In this document: one piece after another, positions 37,932 through 48,294 of the stretch | Layout: each line of letters begins with the position of its first letter | Position numbering within the stretch: position 1 is the first letter of the stretch | Virus record (IMG/VR): IMGVR_UViG_3300050821_006606 | Span: 2,960-66,959 of that record | Length of the DNA stretch: 64,000 bases | Direction: 5' to 3' (one strand) | DNA from: a virus | The notes under the pieces: generated by a model | What the model was told of the DNA's origin: nothing | The model's input: only the letters and a program-made list of their open reading frames with translations | Databases searched by the model: none | Translations under genes and position numbers: made by a program

Positions 37932-39600
37932 TTACGCGCCCTGCTGGCTGGTCTTGCCCATGCCGAGCGGGTTGGAGCCGAACGGTTCGCGGTCGAGCGT
38001 ATGCGGGTTGGCCGGCGCGCTGTCCTCGATTGGGAACTTGACGTTGCCCGGGCGCGAGCCTGATCCGACCGAGGTGTTCATCGGCGCGGAATGCTGAGGG
38101 GGAGCTTTGACGGTGCCTTTGGTGGGTGAGCCGAGAGCGGAAGCCATGGGTGTTCTCCGTGAGTGCGTTTCGCGCATTACACGATGGCGTGAGGGTTTCG
38201 CAAGCCTACGCGAAAACAGTGACAATGCTGGCTGTTTTTGGCTCCCAGAGAACACGGTGGCGCTGGCCTCGGAGGGCAATGAGCCAGTGCTCGCGACCGT
38301 TGGCGAGGTCTCTGCGGATCATGAGGGCGCGCGCGGTGCCGGCGATTGTGTCGAGGATCATCATGGCGAGTTCGCGCCATTCCTCGCGTGTCGGCTCGAT
38401 GCCCCAGCGTTCGATCGCTCGTTCCTGGGCGTGCTCGCTGGCCCAGACCCATTTGAGTTCGCTCATAGCTTTTCGGGCGGCGCTGATGGCAGGTTGATGG
38501 CGTGGCGGACGGAACGCCATGCTTCGGTGTAATCAGCGTGGCTATCGTACAGCGGCGGCGGCGTGGCACCCATGAGGACAATACAGCCGAGTTCTGGGTC
38601 ATCCCTGGTGTGCACGCGGGCGAGGATGCCGAGAGCTTGGGTGAGCGGCATGAGGTCGGTCATTGGGTATCCTTTGGTTGATTGGCGGGCACGATCACGT
38701 AGTCGACGCCGTTCGGGTCACTGGAAACGAGGAGGAGCGTGAGGCCGGGCCCGGGCGCCTGGATCAGCGCGCTGTGCGTCATGCCCTGCGAATTGAGGTC
38801 AGCGGCGGTCCAGGGTGCGCGGAATATCCATTCGCTCATTGGATGTGGAGCACTTTGATGATGATGAACGGGATTGCCGCCATCGCCGCGTAAATCGCGG
38901 CGAGGATGAGCGGGCCGCGCCATGCTCTGGCTTCGCGTGCGGCGGCATGGAATGCTGGGCTGGTCATCGCATATCTCCCCATAAATGGTGGCAATCAGGG
39001 TCGAGGCTACCGTCATCGAGCTTATTGCCACCACAAACCAGGCACCAATCCAGTTTGCGTCGCGAACTCGGTCGCGTGCGTGCCAGCGCCAATTTGGCCG
39101 CTTGCCCGTCGGATATGTCATTGGCACGGGCAATCAGTCTTTCTAACCATTTACCGTCGGTCATTCGAGCGGGTCTCCTGTGCCTTGTGGGGGACGGATT
39201 CGATGCAGCGCCATCGTAGGACCGAGGGCGGCCGAGACACGAGCGCTGTTGCACATGCTCATGGCGATGACGGCGACGGTAGGCCAAAGGAGCGGATCGT
39301 CGGTCAGCATCCGGGTGTAGAGCGCTGCGTAGGCCGAGTAGTGCTTGGCCGCGCTTTCGACGGTGATCATGCTTTGCTTATCGCCCTCCCGTCTTGCCAG
39401 ATGACGATACCAGCCTCGGTGAAGGCCCGTGCGATCGCCTCTCGATTGTTGTGCAGCAGCCTGTTTTGGCCGAGTTCGAAGCCGGCGATCGATCGCGAGT
39501 TGACGTGGGCTTTCTGCGCCAGTTCGGTCTGGTTCCAACCGAGCCATGCTCTGGCGGCGCGGCATTGTTCTGGTGTGATCATCATTTGGGCGCCTTACCA
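37932..39600 (-). other. Small hypothetical ORFs (37932-38147, 38206-38466, 38463-38663, 38660-38839 and others)
   Basis: Coupled ORFs; promoter-like TTGCGA..TAATGC before 38147. Confidence 0.5.
39367..39585 (-). CDS. XRE-family HTH protein
   Basis: ITPEQCRAARAWLGWNQTELAQKA..IAGFE..AFTEAGI, typical alphaproteobacterial XRE. Confidence 0.8.
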   Translation of the reverse strand: MMITPEQCRAARAWLGWNQTELAQKAHVNSRSIAGFELGQNRLLHNNREAIARAFTEAGIVIWQDGRAISKA

Positions 39601-39724
39601 GATTAATGCAGGGCAACGCAAATAAATGCTATCTTTCCGGCCCGATTTCCCTTAGATTTTCTCCCGGACAATACCGTCCGGCCTTTGGAGTTACCTCACT
39701 ATGGGAAATTACGGCAGTAACACC

Positions 39725-39856
39725 ATGGAATACCTCAGAACTGCACGCAAGCCGCACGCCTGCTATTGGTGCGGCCGGGACATTAGGCCCGGTCAAAAGT
39801 ACTGGGATTACACGCCGCGCCACAAAGAGTGCCTGTCCTGCGGGCCGGAGGAATGA
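39725..39856 (+). CDS. Small zinc-finger protein (43 aa, not in track)
   Basis: MEYLRTARKPHACYWCGRDIRPGQKY..CLSC; first gene of the divergent operon. Confidence 0.6.
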   Translation: MEYLRTARKPHACYWCGRDIRPGQKYWDYTPRHKECLSCGPEE

Positions 39857-39858
39857 TC

Positions 39859-40059
39859 ATGAAAATTCAGGTCGAAATCCGCAACGTGTATGGCACGGAA
39901 ACCGTCTATCCGGTTTGCCGCCACGCGCAATTTCTCGCCGCGATGGCGGGAACCAAGACTTTCACCCCTGAGAAAATGCGGCTGATCCTGGCGAATGGCT
40001 ATGAGGTCGAGGCCGTTTCATCCGCTATTGGCCGCATCGTCGGTCTGGGAGCACGCTGA
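39859..40059 (+). CDS. Hypothetical early protein
   Basis: GGAGG RBS; IRNVYG..YPVC..AGTKT. Confidence 0.7.
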   Translation: MKIQVEIRNVYGTETVYPVCRHAQFLAAMAGTKTFTPEKMRLILANGYEVEAVSSAIGRIVGLGAR

Positions 40060-40060
40060 T

Positions 40061-41641
40061 ATGATCATCAAATCTAAAGCCGCCGAACAATGCGCTGATA
40101 TCACTGCGCTTCTGCGGGCACGCAATCCTCTGCTTTGGGTTGTGAGCCGCGAAGAGGCGCGCGTTGAGGGCTATCTCTTCGAGGCCGCTGCCGCCGCCGG
40201 CTACACGTGCCGCACATGGGATGTCGCGGCCGGCGTGTGCGATATGGGCGGCAAGCCTGTGAACATGGGTTCGCGTGACCCGGGTGAGATGCTGAACGAG
40301 ATCGGTGAGCGGGCCCGTAGCGGCCGGGAGCGGTGCCTCTGGATTATGCGTGACCTTCCGCCGTGGCTGGCCGGCTCGATCGGCATGACGACGGTCCGTC
40401 AACTCCGCAACCTCACGCGGATGCTGCCCATGATCGGCCGCGATAGCGCGCAAGCTGTCGTGGTGCTCAGCCCGGACGGCAATGTTCCTCCCGAGCTTTC
40501 CAACCACGCGACCGTGCTCGAATGGACGCTCCCGGACCGTGCTGAAATCGGCCGCATTCTTGATGCCGCGATCAACTCGCTCCCGGAAGAGATCAAAGCC
40601 GCGGCCGCGCCGAACGGCACTCGTGATGCCGCGATCGATGCTGCTGTCGGTCTGTCCGGTGAGGAAGCTGCGGCCTGCTACGCGCGGTCTCTCGTTCAAC
40701 TCCGCCGCATCGATCCCACCACGGTTGCCCAAGAGAAAAAGCGGGTCGTGGCGCGTGAACGAGTGCTCGAATGGTATGACCCGATCCCGGGCGGCCTGGA
40801 CGCAGTTGGTGGTTTGGACGTGCTGAAGTCCTGGCTTACCTCCCGCCGGCAAGCCTACAGCCCAGCGGCTCGGGCTTATGGTCTGCCGGCGCCGAAGGGT
40901 GCCATGCTCGTTGGCATTCCGGGTTGCGGCAAATCGCTGACCGCGAAAGCGATCGCCACAGCCTGGGGCGTGCCGTTGTTGCGCCTCGATCTTGGTTCGC
41001 TCAAATCGAAATTCGTCGGCGAGAGCGAGGGCAACTTGCGCCGTGCACTGCGCACCATCGAGGCTATCGGTCGCTGCGTCGTTTGGTTGGACGAGATCGA
41101 AAAAGCCCTGGCCGGCGCGACGCAAGGCGCGGCCGATGGCGGTGTTTCGTCCGATGCTCTTGGGTCAATCCTGTCATGGATGCAGGAAAGAGCGGGCGAA
41201 GCGTTTGTGATTGCGACGGCAAACGATGTCTCCTCATTGCCGCCCGAGTTAATGAGGAAGGGCCGGTTCGATGAGATTTGGTGGATCGACCTGCCTACGC
41301 ACTCTGAGCGCGAACAGATCATCGTGGCCGCACTCAAAGCCCATGGGCGCAAGCCCGGTGACGACCTCTGGGCTTTCGATGTCGCTAAGGCCACCGAAGG
41401 CTTCACGGGCAGTGAGATCGCCGCCCTTGTCCCTGACGCGATGTATGCGGCTTTCGCCGATGGCGCGCGTGATCTGACCGTCCAAGACCTTCTGAACGCC
41501 ACGCTTACCGTCGTTCCCATGGCTAAGACCGCCGCTGAGAAAATCACTCGTCTCCGCGAATGGGCTGTCGGTCGTGCCCGTCCCGCTACTACTCCGGAAA
41601 CGGCCACCGCTGCCGCTTCCGGCCGTCAACTCGACTTCTGA
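40061..41641 (+). CDS. Ycf46-like AAA+ ATPase
   Basis: LLRARNPLLWVVSREEARV N-domain; VGGLDVLKSW; GIPGCGKSL; WLDEIEKA; TAN..LPPELMRKGRFDE. Confidence 0.88.
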   Translation: MIIKSKAAEQCADITALLRARNPLLWVVSREEARVEGYLFEAAAAAGYTCRTWDVAAGVCDMGGKPVNMGSRDPGEMLNEIGERARSGRERCLWIMRDLPPWLAGSIGMTTVRQLRNLTRMLPMIGRDSAQAVVVLSPDGNVPPELSNHATVLEWTLPDRAEIGRILDAAINSLPEEIKAAAAPNGTRDAAIDAAVGLSGEEAAACYARSLVQLRRIDPTTVAQEKKRVVARERVLEWYDPIPGGLDAVGGLDVLKSWLTSRRQAYSPAARAYGLPAPKGAMLVGIPGCGKSLTAKAIATAWGVPLLRLDLGSLKSKFVGESEGNLRRALRTIEAIGRCVVWLDEIEKALAGATQGAADGGVSSDALGSILSWMQERAGEAFVIATANDVSSLPPELMRKGRFDEIWWIDLPTHSEREQIIVAALKAHGRKPGDDLWAFDVAKATEGFTGSEIAALVPDAMYAAFADGARDLTVQDLLNATLTVVPMAKTAAEKITRLREWAVGRARPATTPETATAAASGRQLDF

Positions 41642-41676
41642 TCAGTTCAACCCCTCAATCTGATAGGCAACGCACC

Positions 41677-42462
41677 ATGAACATCTCAACGCTAAGGCCG
41701 GGTCTGCTGGTCTCCCTCAAAAGCTCCATCCGTGGCAACGTGAGTTATGCCACCCGCGAAATCGAGCCGGATCATATCGCGGAAGACGGCGCACGGCGCG
41801 CTGTCTGGGAGACAAACCGGGTTATCGAGTTGCCGAACGAGCATGAAGCGGCCGTGAAATGCCGCAGCAAGGCGCGCTCCCTGATCACCGCGATTTGCTC
41901 GCCCAGTTCCTTCGGGCTTCTGTGCCCAGAGGCCCAGCGCGATCGGCTGACGCAGGCAATCGAAGATGCTCGGGAGACTATCACCGAGTTCAACCGCGGC
42001 GCCGAGCGCACACAAATCAGCCTCTATGTGATGATTGGCCGGGTCGCGGCAGATGACGTGGAGGCCGTGCGCGCGATCAATTCCGAGATCCGAGACTTGC
42101 TGTCGACCATGGAGACCGGGCTCCGGAACCTGGACGTGCAAGGCGTCCGGGATGCCGCCAACAAGGCGCGCGCTATCTCCTCGATGCTGTCACCCGAAGC
42201 GGCCGAGAAAGCCCGGAAGGCTATCGAGATCGCCCGGGAAGCGGCTCGCAAGATCGTCAAGGCCGGCGATGTCGCGGCGGCTGAGATCGATGAGGCGACG
42301 CTCAGCGCCATCAGGGACAGCCGCACGGCGTTCCTGGACCTCGAAGACGCCGCTGAGGTGCGCGCGCCGGAGGTTACAGCCCGAGCGATTGATCTGGACG
42401 ACAAACCGCTCCAGGTCGAGATGTCGGCCGCTCCCGCGCCATCTTTCTCGTTCGATTGGTAA
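41677..42462 (+). CDS. Helical hypothetical protein co-transcribed with the AAA ATPase
   Basis: 261-aa ORF directly downstream of the AAA gene. Confidence 0.75.
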   Translation: MNISTLRPGLLVSLKSSIRGNVSYATREIEPDHIAEDGARRAVWETNRVIELPNEHEAAVKCRSKARSLITAICSPSSFGLLCPEAQRDRLTQAIEDARETITEFNRGAERTQISLYVMIGRVAADDVEAVRAINSEIRDLLSTMETGLRNLDVQGVRDAANKARAISSMLSPEAAEKARKAIEIAREAARKIVKAGDVAAAEIDEATLSAIRDSRTAFLDLEDAAEVRAPEVTARAIDLDDKPLQVEMSAAPAPSFSFDW

Positions 42463-42474
42463 GCAATCCGCAAC

Positions 42475-42500
42475 CCGGGCAGTGGCAAAACACTGCCCGG
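42475..42500. other. Perfect 10-bp intergenic hairpin (a second one at 42886-42907)
   Basis: CCGGGCAGTG-GCAAAA-CACTGCCCGG, no U tract. Confidence 0.6.
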
Positions 42501-42526
42501 ACAACTCCCTTCAAAGGATATCGAAA

Positions 42527-42871
42527 ATGCCGTGCGACACAAAAATCCGTCCCGGTCAGACCTTCACTCAGCGGAAGACCGAGGTCCGCGAGGCGATCGC
42601 CAAACTATCGTCCGCCCTGGTCACTGGCCGCGCGAAGGCAGTCGTAGGCCCGACGGGTGGCGTTGCGTTTACCGGCTGGGATGACCGGGCAAACGTCACC
42701 GATAATTGTGCCTATCGGTTAATTCTGGCCACTGGTTCCGCCTTGGCAAAGCAGGCCATTGCCCGGGCAGAGCAAATCGCCGGTCGCACCGTCAGCCGTC
42801 AAGCCGTCGCACAGGGTCACCACGCCCACGAGCATGACGGACATCTTCACTGGCATGACCACAAGGGCTGA
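42527..42871 (+). CDS. Hypothetical protein with His-rich C-terminus
   Basis: AAGGA RBS; MPCD..; ends HHAHEHDGHLHWHDHKG. Confidence 0.75.
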   Translation: MPCDTKIRPGQTFTQRKTEVREAIAKLSSALVTGRAKAVVGPTGGVAFTGWDDRANVTDNCAYRLILATGSALAKQAIARAEQIAGRTVSRQAVAQGHHAHEHDGHLHWHDHKG

Positions 42872-42926
42872 CCTGATCTCGCTCCGGACGGCGGTACGCC
42901 GCCGTCCATGGTGAGACCAGGAGGCA

Positions 42927-43899
42927 ATGATGACGATAGATACCCAAGGCAACCCGATCTTCTACATAGCGACCGCACACTTGCGGAACGGCAGAGGCGC
43001 CATGGTGGAAAGCCAGCCGTATGACAACCGTGAGGATGCGGCGGCCGAGCTACTCGCGGCTTATCTGACACTGCGCTCTTGCTACACCTCGCGCGCATGG
43101 AATGGACGGAGCACCGGCAGCGATATGCGTTTTCATGACCGGCCGTACGCACAGGCCGGGAAGCATTCAACACGGATCGGATAACCACATGATCGAAACT
43201 CTCACCCGTTGGGCAGTCATTCTGGGCGTGCTCGCCACGTTCTGGCTTGCCTACACCCACTGGAACACCGTGCCGACCGTCCAGGTGCCGTCCGTGTCGG
43301 GCGGCATCACCATGATTTTCAAATAGGAAGACTGACATGATGAACAAACATGAATTCCTTAACCTTCTCCGGAGGCTCCACTTTTTGGACCACTCCGCTG
43401 TGCCAACTCTTGATTGGGATACATGGTTGGCATTCAGAGGTGATCCGGTTGGCTTCCTCCTCCAATGTGACTTTGCAACGGCGGAAATAGTCTGGATTGC
43501 TCTTTCCAAATAACCCAGGAGAATCCCCATGCACGTTACTCTCAACGGCAAGACCTATTACGTCGCTTTGGACCCGGCCAGCAGAAACAGGCGGCAGGTG
43601 CTCGTCCAGCAGTCCGCCAGGATGTGGCGCCTCGCTTCCCCTCAGGACAGCCTCAGGGTGTTGGCTGGCCTGTCCCTGTACCCGCTGCGGCTGGTAGGTG
43701 CGCCATGACCGATGCGGAGATGTGGGACAATTTAGTAAAAATGTCCGAGGCCCACCATATTAGGTACGAATTTCAGTCCGAACCGTATCGTATGGCAGAA
43801 GAGATCGCTCGCCTTCGAAAGAAGTGTGGTGAGACAATATGCCCTGTTTTCGCGCCCCTATCAATCAATCGATCGGACGACGGTGATTGTCCGTTTTGA
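42927..43899 (+). other. Small early ORFs (42927-43184, 43189-43326 membrane, and others)
   Basis: RBS-preceded short ORFs. Confidence 0.45.
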
Positions 43900-44208
43900 A
43901 AGGCTTGTCACGCGCCGCAGCAATCCGAGCACCACAACAGCCGACATCAGAACCACCAACGACCCGGGTTCCGGAGTAGGCACCTCTACGTCTGGCAGGC
44001 CACCGGCCGGGCCAGGACCGACATCGATCAGCGGAGCGGGCACAGAGGGGGACGCCGGAGGAATCCCCCACAACACCGCTCCGCCGCTCGCCACGCAGGC
44101 GATTACCAGACCAGCGCGATAATGAGCGAGCGACCCCCAGGCGGCGGCTGTAAGCCATTCCCATCGCCACACACAGGCTACCCGATAGAATACGTGCGTC
44201 CAGATCAT
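43861..44208 (-). CDS. PEP-CTERM-like sorting-signal protein
   Basis: TPEPGSLVVLMSAVVVLGLLRR: PEP + TM helix + Arg cluster; ATGA coupling to upstream gene. Confidence 0.7.
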   Translation of the reverse strand: MIWTHVFYRVACVWRWEWLTAAAWGSLAHYRAGLVIACVASGGAVLWGIPPASPSVPAPLIDVGPGPAGGLPDVEVPTPEPGSLVVLMSAVVVLGLLRRVTSLSKRTITVVRSID

Positions 44209-44504
44209 TTCAAGACTCCCAAATATCGCGAATGAAAAGCATTCCACCCGGCGATCGCCACAAGGTCGAGGCCATGGAGGTCCGCCCATGTGCGTCGGCC
44301 AAGGCGATGCCATTGGGCGTGGTGCCACCAGCACAGGCCGACAGTGGCATCGTCACCGCCGCCCGCGCCGACCGTGGTGACATGGTGAGCGTGTATCGGG
44401 CATCGGGTGCAGAATGGCACGCAACAGCCCCAGGACCGCACGAGAGCCAAATGTGCCGGGCATCGGATCGGCAGAACCTTGAAGCGGGTAACGACTTCTA
44501 CCAC
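44205..44504 (-). CDS. DUF968/HNH-like nuclease
   Basis: HLALVRSWGCCV..AHHV..DDATVGLCWWHH..H. Confidence 0.6.
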   Translation of the reverse strand: MVEVVTRFKVLPIRCPAHLALVRSWGCCVPFCTRCPIHAHHVTTVGAGGGDDATVGLCWWHHAQWHRLGRRTWADLHGLDLVAIAGWNAFHSRYLGVLK

Positions 44505-44700
44505 TCTTCCCTCCGCATCCGATCGAATGACGCCTGCAATTGGTCCCTCAATTCCCGCTGTTCCGGCGTCATGGGAGGCTGTGAGGCGGCAAACCGGGCC
44601 AGATCGGCGTAACACTCGGCGCAGACCTCAGGTCCGCCGCACGGCGCTCTGGCGCCTCCCGGTGCGCGGTAGACCCAACCATGACCGCAGCCTATGTCGG

Positions 44701-45414
44701 TCATGTTGGCCACTGCCGGATCATGAATTCGTCAGGGATCAGCGCCTTTTTCGTCATCTGCTTGTGGAAGTATGGGACACCGGCCGCTGTGCACTGGTCC
44801 CGCAGGGAACGAAACCACTCGATATCCGTTTCCCTTGCCTTCCCGCCGCTCTCGCCTCCGGCGATGACAAGGCCAACTCGAGAAAGATCGTCCGGTCGGA
44901 ATTCCAGCGGACCGAGCAATGGTTCGCACGAAAGAAACCTGATCGCCGGCGAGGTCTCCAGCAGGAACGGCAGGCGGCGGTTGAGTTCGTCCTGATTTTC
45001 GATCGTGGTCCCAATCCATACATTGGACCAAATCTCCAAGGATTTCGTCATCTCCCGGATATTCTGCGGTCGCTTGGTTAGGAGCATCCAATCCAGCATC
45101 CATGTCGACCGAATCACCGCCCAGAGGTCTTCCCTCCATTCAGCGGGCGCCCGATTATCGAACACGTCCGAAAGGGAGGCGCAAAACACACGGACCCGCT
45201 TGCCGGTTTTGAGGGCGGCTCTGTGCCATTTCATCGGCTTTACCCAATACGCCGGACTTGTCCGATTGCGAGGATTGTTCCCCCATATGACCTGGCCATA
45301 CCGCTTCGCCCGTTCCTCGGCGTAGCAATTATCACAGGCCGGCGAGACCTTGGTGCACCCGACCCATGGCGAGAAAGTATGATCGGTCCATTCTATTTTG
45401 CTGTTCTCAACCAC
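44701..45414 (-). CDS. Gp37Gp68 (DUF5131) family protein
   Basis: SKIEWTDHTFSPWVGCTKVSPACDNCYA..VFCASLSDVFD..LTKRP..FLSCEPLL..GGESG..FHKQ. Confidence 0.9.
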   Translation of the reverse strand: MVENSKIEWTDHTFSPWVGCTKVSPACDNCYAEERAKRYGQVIWGNNPRNRTSPAYWVKPMKWHRAALKTGKRVRVFCASLSDVFDNRAPAEWREDLWAVIRSTWMLDWMLLTKRPQNIREMTKSLEIWSNVWIGTTIENQDELNRRLPFLLETSPAIRFLSCEPLLGPLEFRPDDLSRVGLVIAGGESGGKARETDIEWFRSLRDQCTAAGVPYFHKQMTKKALIPDEFMIRQWPT

Positions 45415-45579
45415 TTTCGATGATCTCCAACTCGATCGAAGGATGCCGCGATCGAAAGCCCAGGCGCTTCCAATAGACCGCAATCCAGCCATCGAGCGCG
45501 TCAATCACGCCTATCTCAGTCCCGATGTCCGGGAACCGCCGTCGCGCGTCATCCGTGAGGCGTACGAGTTCCCCCTTGG

Positions 45580-46519
45580 TCACGCTGCGGCGCCATCAGA
45601 GATCAACCAGTCTCGCTCCGTAAGAAGCGCCGGAGAGTGCTGGAGCATCTTCTTGAACGTCGGCATCACGATCCAGATGTGCGTGCCAGGACAGCACGGC
45701 CCGAGCCAGCATTCGGGATCTTCGCACGCTTCCGCCCGGAGAACCTGATGTTCGTCCCAATGCCTGGGTTTGGCGACGTTCCGACCTCGCGCGGCATAGA
45801 GATGGTCGAGCATGAAACCCCATGCTGTCGCCGCGGGATCACGTTCGGCCGGGATCGGCAAATTGCGGAAAGCGTAGCTCATTTGAAAACTCCCATTTTG
45901 AATCCACCGGCCGGCACGGGATACGTGCCGGGTTTGACCAACCTCACGGAATTATCGGGCGGCCGATTTCCCGCTCGGCCAAACGGAATAGCCCACGTCG
46001 GCGGAAGCGGCTCGTCGTTCAGGAGCAACTCCTCCAGGGTAGGCTCAACAACCGCTGGCACCACGACAGGCGCTCTCCGCACCGGCTTTTCGCGATATCG
46101 GTTCGCCGCATCGCGAATATCGTGCACGGACAGGTCGCCCTGCACCATCGGCCCTATCCGCCGCCGGATGACCGCCATGTGCGTGTCCAACGCCCAGAGC
46201 GTGTCGAGCAAAAATAACGCGCCCGGATTGTCCAGGATAGGATTGCTCATTGCCAGGTTGCCTCCACCGCTTCCTGTATCTGCGGGATGGCAGCCAGGAT
46301 CGCGTCATGTAGCATTTTCAACGCTTTCTCTGGTTCATCGAATTTCATGCAGAAAGTCATGATCAGGCTACAGACCACGCCAGCCATTTGCTCCGGAGGA
46401 ATTTTCTCGAAAATCCTGATCATTGGCACGGTGTACTGTCCGGCGTCATCGACCTCGGCTTGGGTCGGCATACGGTCTGGGTCGTCTAAGGGGACGTAGC
46501 CTCTGAATTCATCGGTCAT
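45580..46519 (-). other. Three hypothetical ORFs (45580-45882, 45879-46250, 46247-46519)
   Basis: Coupled ORFs. Confidence 0.55.
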
Positions 46520-47906
46520 TTGGTGGCTCCGGAAATTCTATGGTCGGCGATGAATACCGCCCGGTCAGTTCATCGTGCTCCATCGTGGCGAGGCGTCCTT
46601 TCTGTCCCCACCGGCGGAACCGACACTTCCAGACATGAACCTCTGACAGTCCAGGCTCAGCGCTGTGAATTGTCACACCGACATCGGTCTTGTTCGCCCA
46701 GTGAGCGCTTCCCGAGATGTCGTATGGTCCAGGCGCGTTCCGTTTCTCGCCGGGCCGGAGAGGCAATGGTTTGCCCGGGTGAGCGATAATCCAGACATTG
46801 CACCCATAGCGCAGTCCGAACCCCTTGCAGCGCTGCAAACACCGGCCGATGAAATCGGTCTCCGAGACATCGCCGCGATGCTGCGACATCTCGTTCCACG
46901 GATCGATCAGGAAATCCGTCGCGCCATCCCGGAGAACACAAGCCGCCGCCCGCTCCAAGAGCCAATCAAGCGTTAGTTCCTGCCTCTCAGCATCGCAGAC
47001 CAACATCGTGATGTGCTCGCCAAGGAATTTCTCGGCATCGGCGATTTCGTCATCCGTCATGGCCGAAATGCCCTGCACGGGATAAAATATCTTGCCCGTG
47101 TAAGCCTCAGCGCACTGAGCGACGAATTGCTCCCATGGCTGGCTCTCGGGAGAAAACACGACCCACCGGCGATCGTGCCGCTTCGCGGTGTGGATCATCA
47201 CATAGCGTAGCCACGATGTTTTGCCCGAGGACGGAAAACCGGTGACTACGATCAATCGACCTTCCGTCGGGAATTTCAACACATTGTCCGAACTCATCGT
47301 GCCAGTCGACATCACCGCTGGAGCTGGCCGGCTACGTAGGCCCGCGAGCGTACCGCCGACAATCCGCTGAAGTCCCTCGATCGGATACGGCACGGCCGCT
47401 GTGAGAGCCTCTGAGACCGCCTCCGAGCCGACGGTGCGAAGCATCTCCGCGGCGCCAGCGCACCCCTCAGGCCACGCCACGACCCAGCAGCGATGCCTGC
47501 CAAAGCGACGGGCCAATTCCTCCCGCAGCGGGATATCCTTCACCGCGATCACTATCCGGCGAAGACGCTCGATTTTGTCGAGGTAGGGCCCGAATGCCGG
47601 GAAATGTGGCTTGCGGTTACCGCCGACCAATGCGACGGCATTCCCGAATCCGCACTCGTCCAGCGCGAGCACGTCCATTTGCGACCCGGCGAAAATCAAT
47701 TCACCCGGATCAGCATCGAGCACTCTGGCATTAAAGAAGTTTCCAGTATCGAGCCAGACCAATTCGCCATCAGCCCGCGCGCCCGCCAGGAAGCGATCAA
47801 CTGCCCGAGCACCGACCCGAGTCTCGGCCATGCGCTCGTACAGCGCATCGTCACGCTCGACCGGAGCATTTCTGTCGATTGACCAGAAGTCGATATCATC
47901 GGACAT
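46509..47906 (-). CDS. Twinkle/T7 gp4-like helicase with degenerate Toprim domain
   Basis: EELARRFGRHRCWVV.WP; TGFPSSGKT; IDPWN; AHPGK; YDISGSAHWANKTD; KCRF. Confidence 0.85.
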   Translation of the reverse strand: MSDDIDFWSIDRNAPVERDDALYERMAETRVGARAVDRFLAGARADGELVWLDTGNFFNARVLDADPGELIFAGSQMDVLALDECGFGNAVALVGGNRKPHFPAFGPYLDKIERLRRIVIAVKDIPLREELARRFGRHRCWVVAWPEGCAGAAEMLRTVGSEAVSEALTAAVPYPIEGLQRIVGGTLAGLRSRPAPAVMSTGTMSSDNVLKFPTEGRLIVVTGFPSSGKTSWLRYVMIHTAKRHDRRWVVFSPESQPWEQFVAQCAEAYTGKIFYPVQGISAMTDDEIADAEKFLGEHITMLVCDAERQELTLDWLLERAAACVLRDGATDFLIDPWNEMSQHRGDVSETDFIGRCLQRCKGFGLRYGCNVWIIAHPGKPLPLRPGEKRNAPGPYDISGSAHWANKTDVGVTIHSAEPGLSEVHVWKCRFRRWGQKGRLATMEHDELTGRYSSPTIEFPEPPNDR

Positions 47907-48294
47907 TTTTGCGCATTCTCCCAACAAGGTGCTTGCGGTAGGCCGGGCACATAGCGGCGAACACCCAGCGCATTTTTTCCGGATCACGGCATTTCGCGGC
48001 AGCGGATTCGAAGTAGCCGATCGGATCGTCCCGGCGTTTCCGCTCGTCCGCCAGGATGGTTTTCAACCCTGCCTCATGCGCGTCCCAGAGCAAATCCGGC
48101 ACTCGGTCCGTGACGCGTTCCTGGGCTTCGGGAGACAGCAAACCGAGACCAGCACGCACCGCGATCATCGTAACCGCGTACTTCGCATCGCCAAATTCGA
48201 TCTCGCCAGCGGCCACCAAAAGACCCTGGACGCGCGCTTCGAGGCGCATTCGAGGAATCACCTGATCGCGGAAATCCTCTGCGAACGACATCAA
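47896..48294 (-). CDS. Hypothetical replication-associated protein
   Basis: Coupled between initiator and helicase. Confidence 0.6.
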   Translation of the reverse strand: MMSFAEDFRDQVIPRMRLEARVQGLLVAAGEIEFGDAKYAVTMIAVRAGLGLLSPEAQERVTDRVPDLLWDAHEAGLKTILADERKRRDDPIGYFESAAAKCRDPEKMRWVFAAMCPAYRKHLVGRMRKNVR

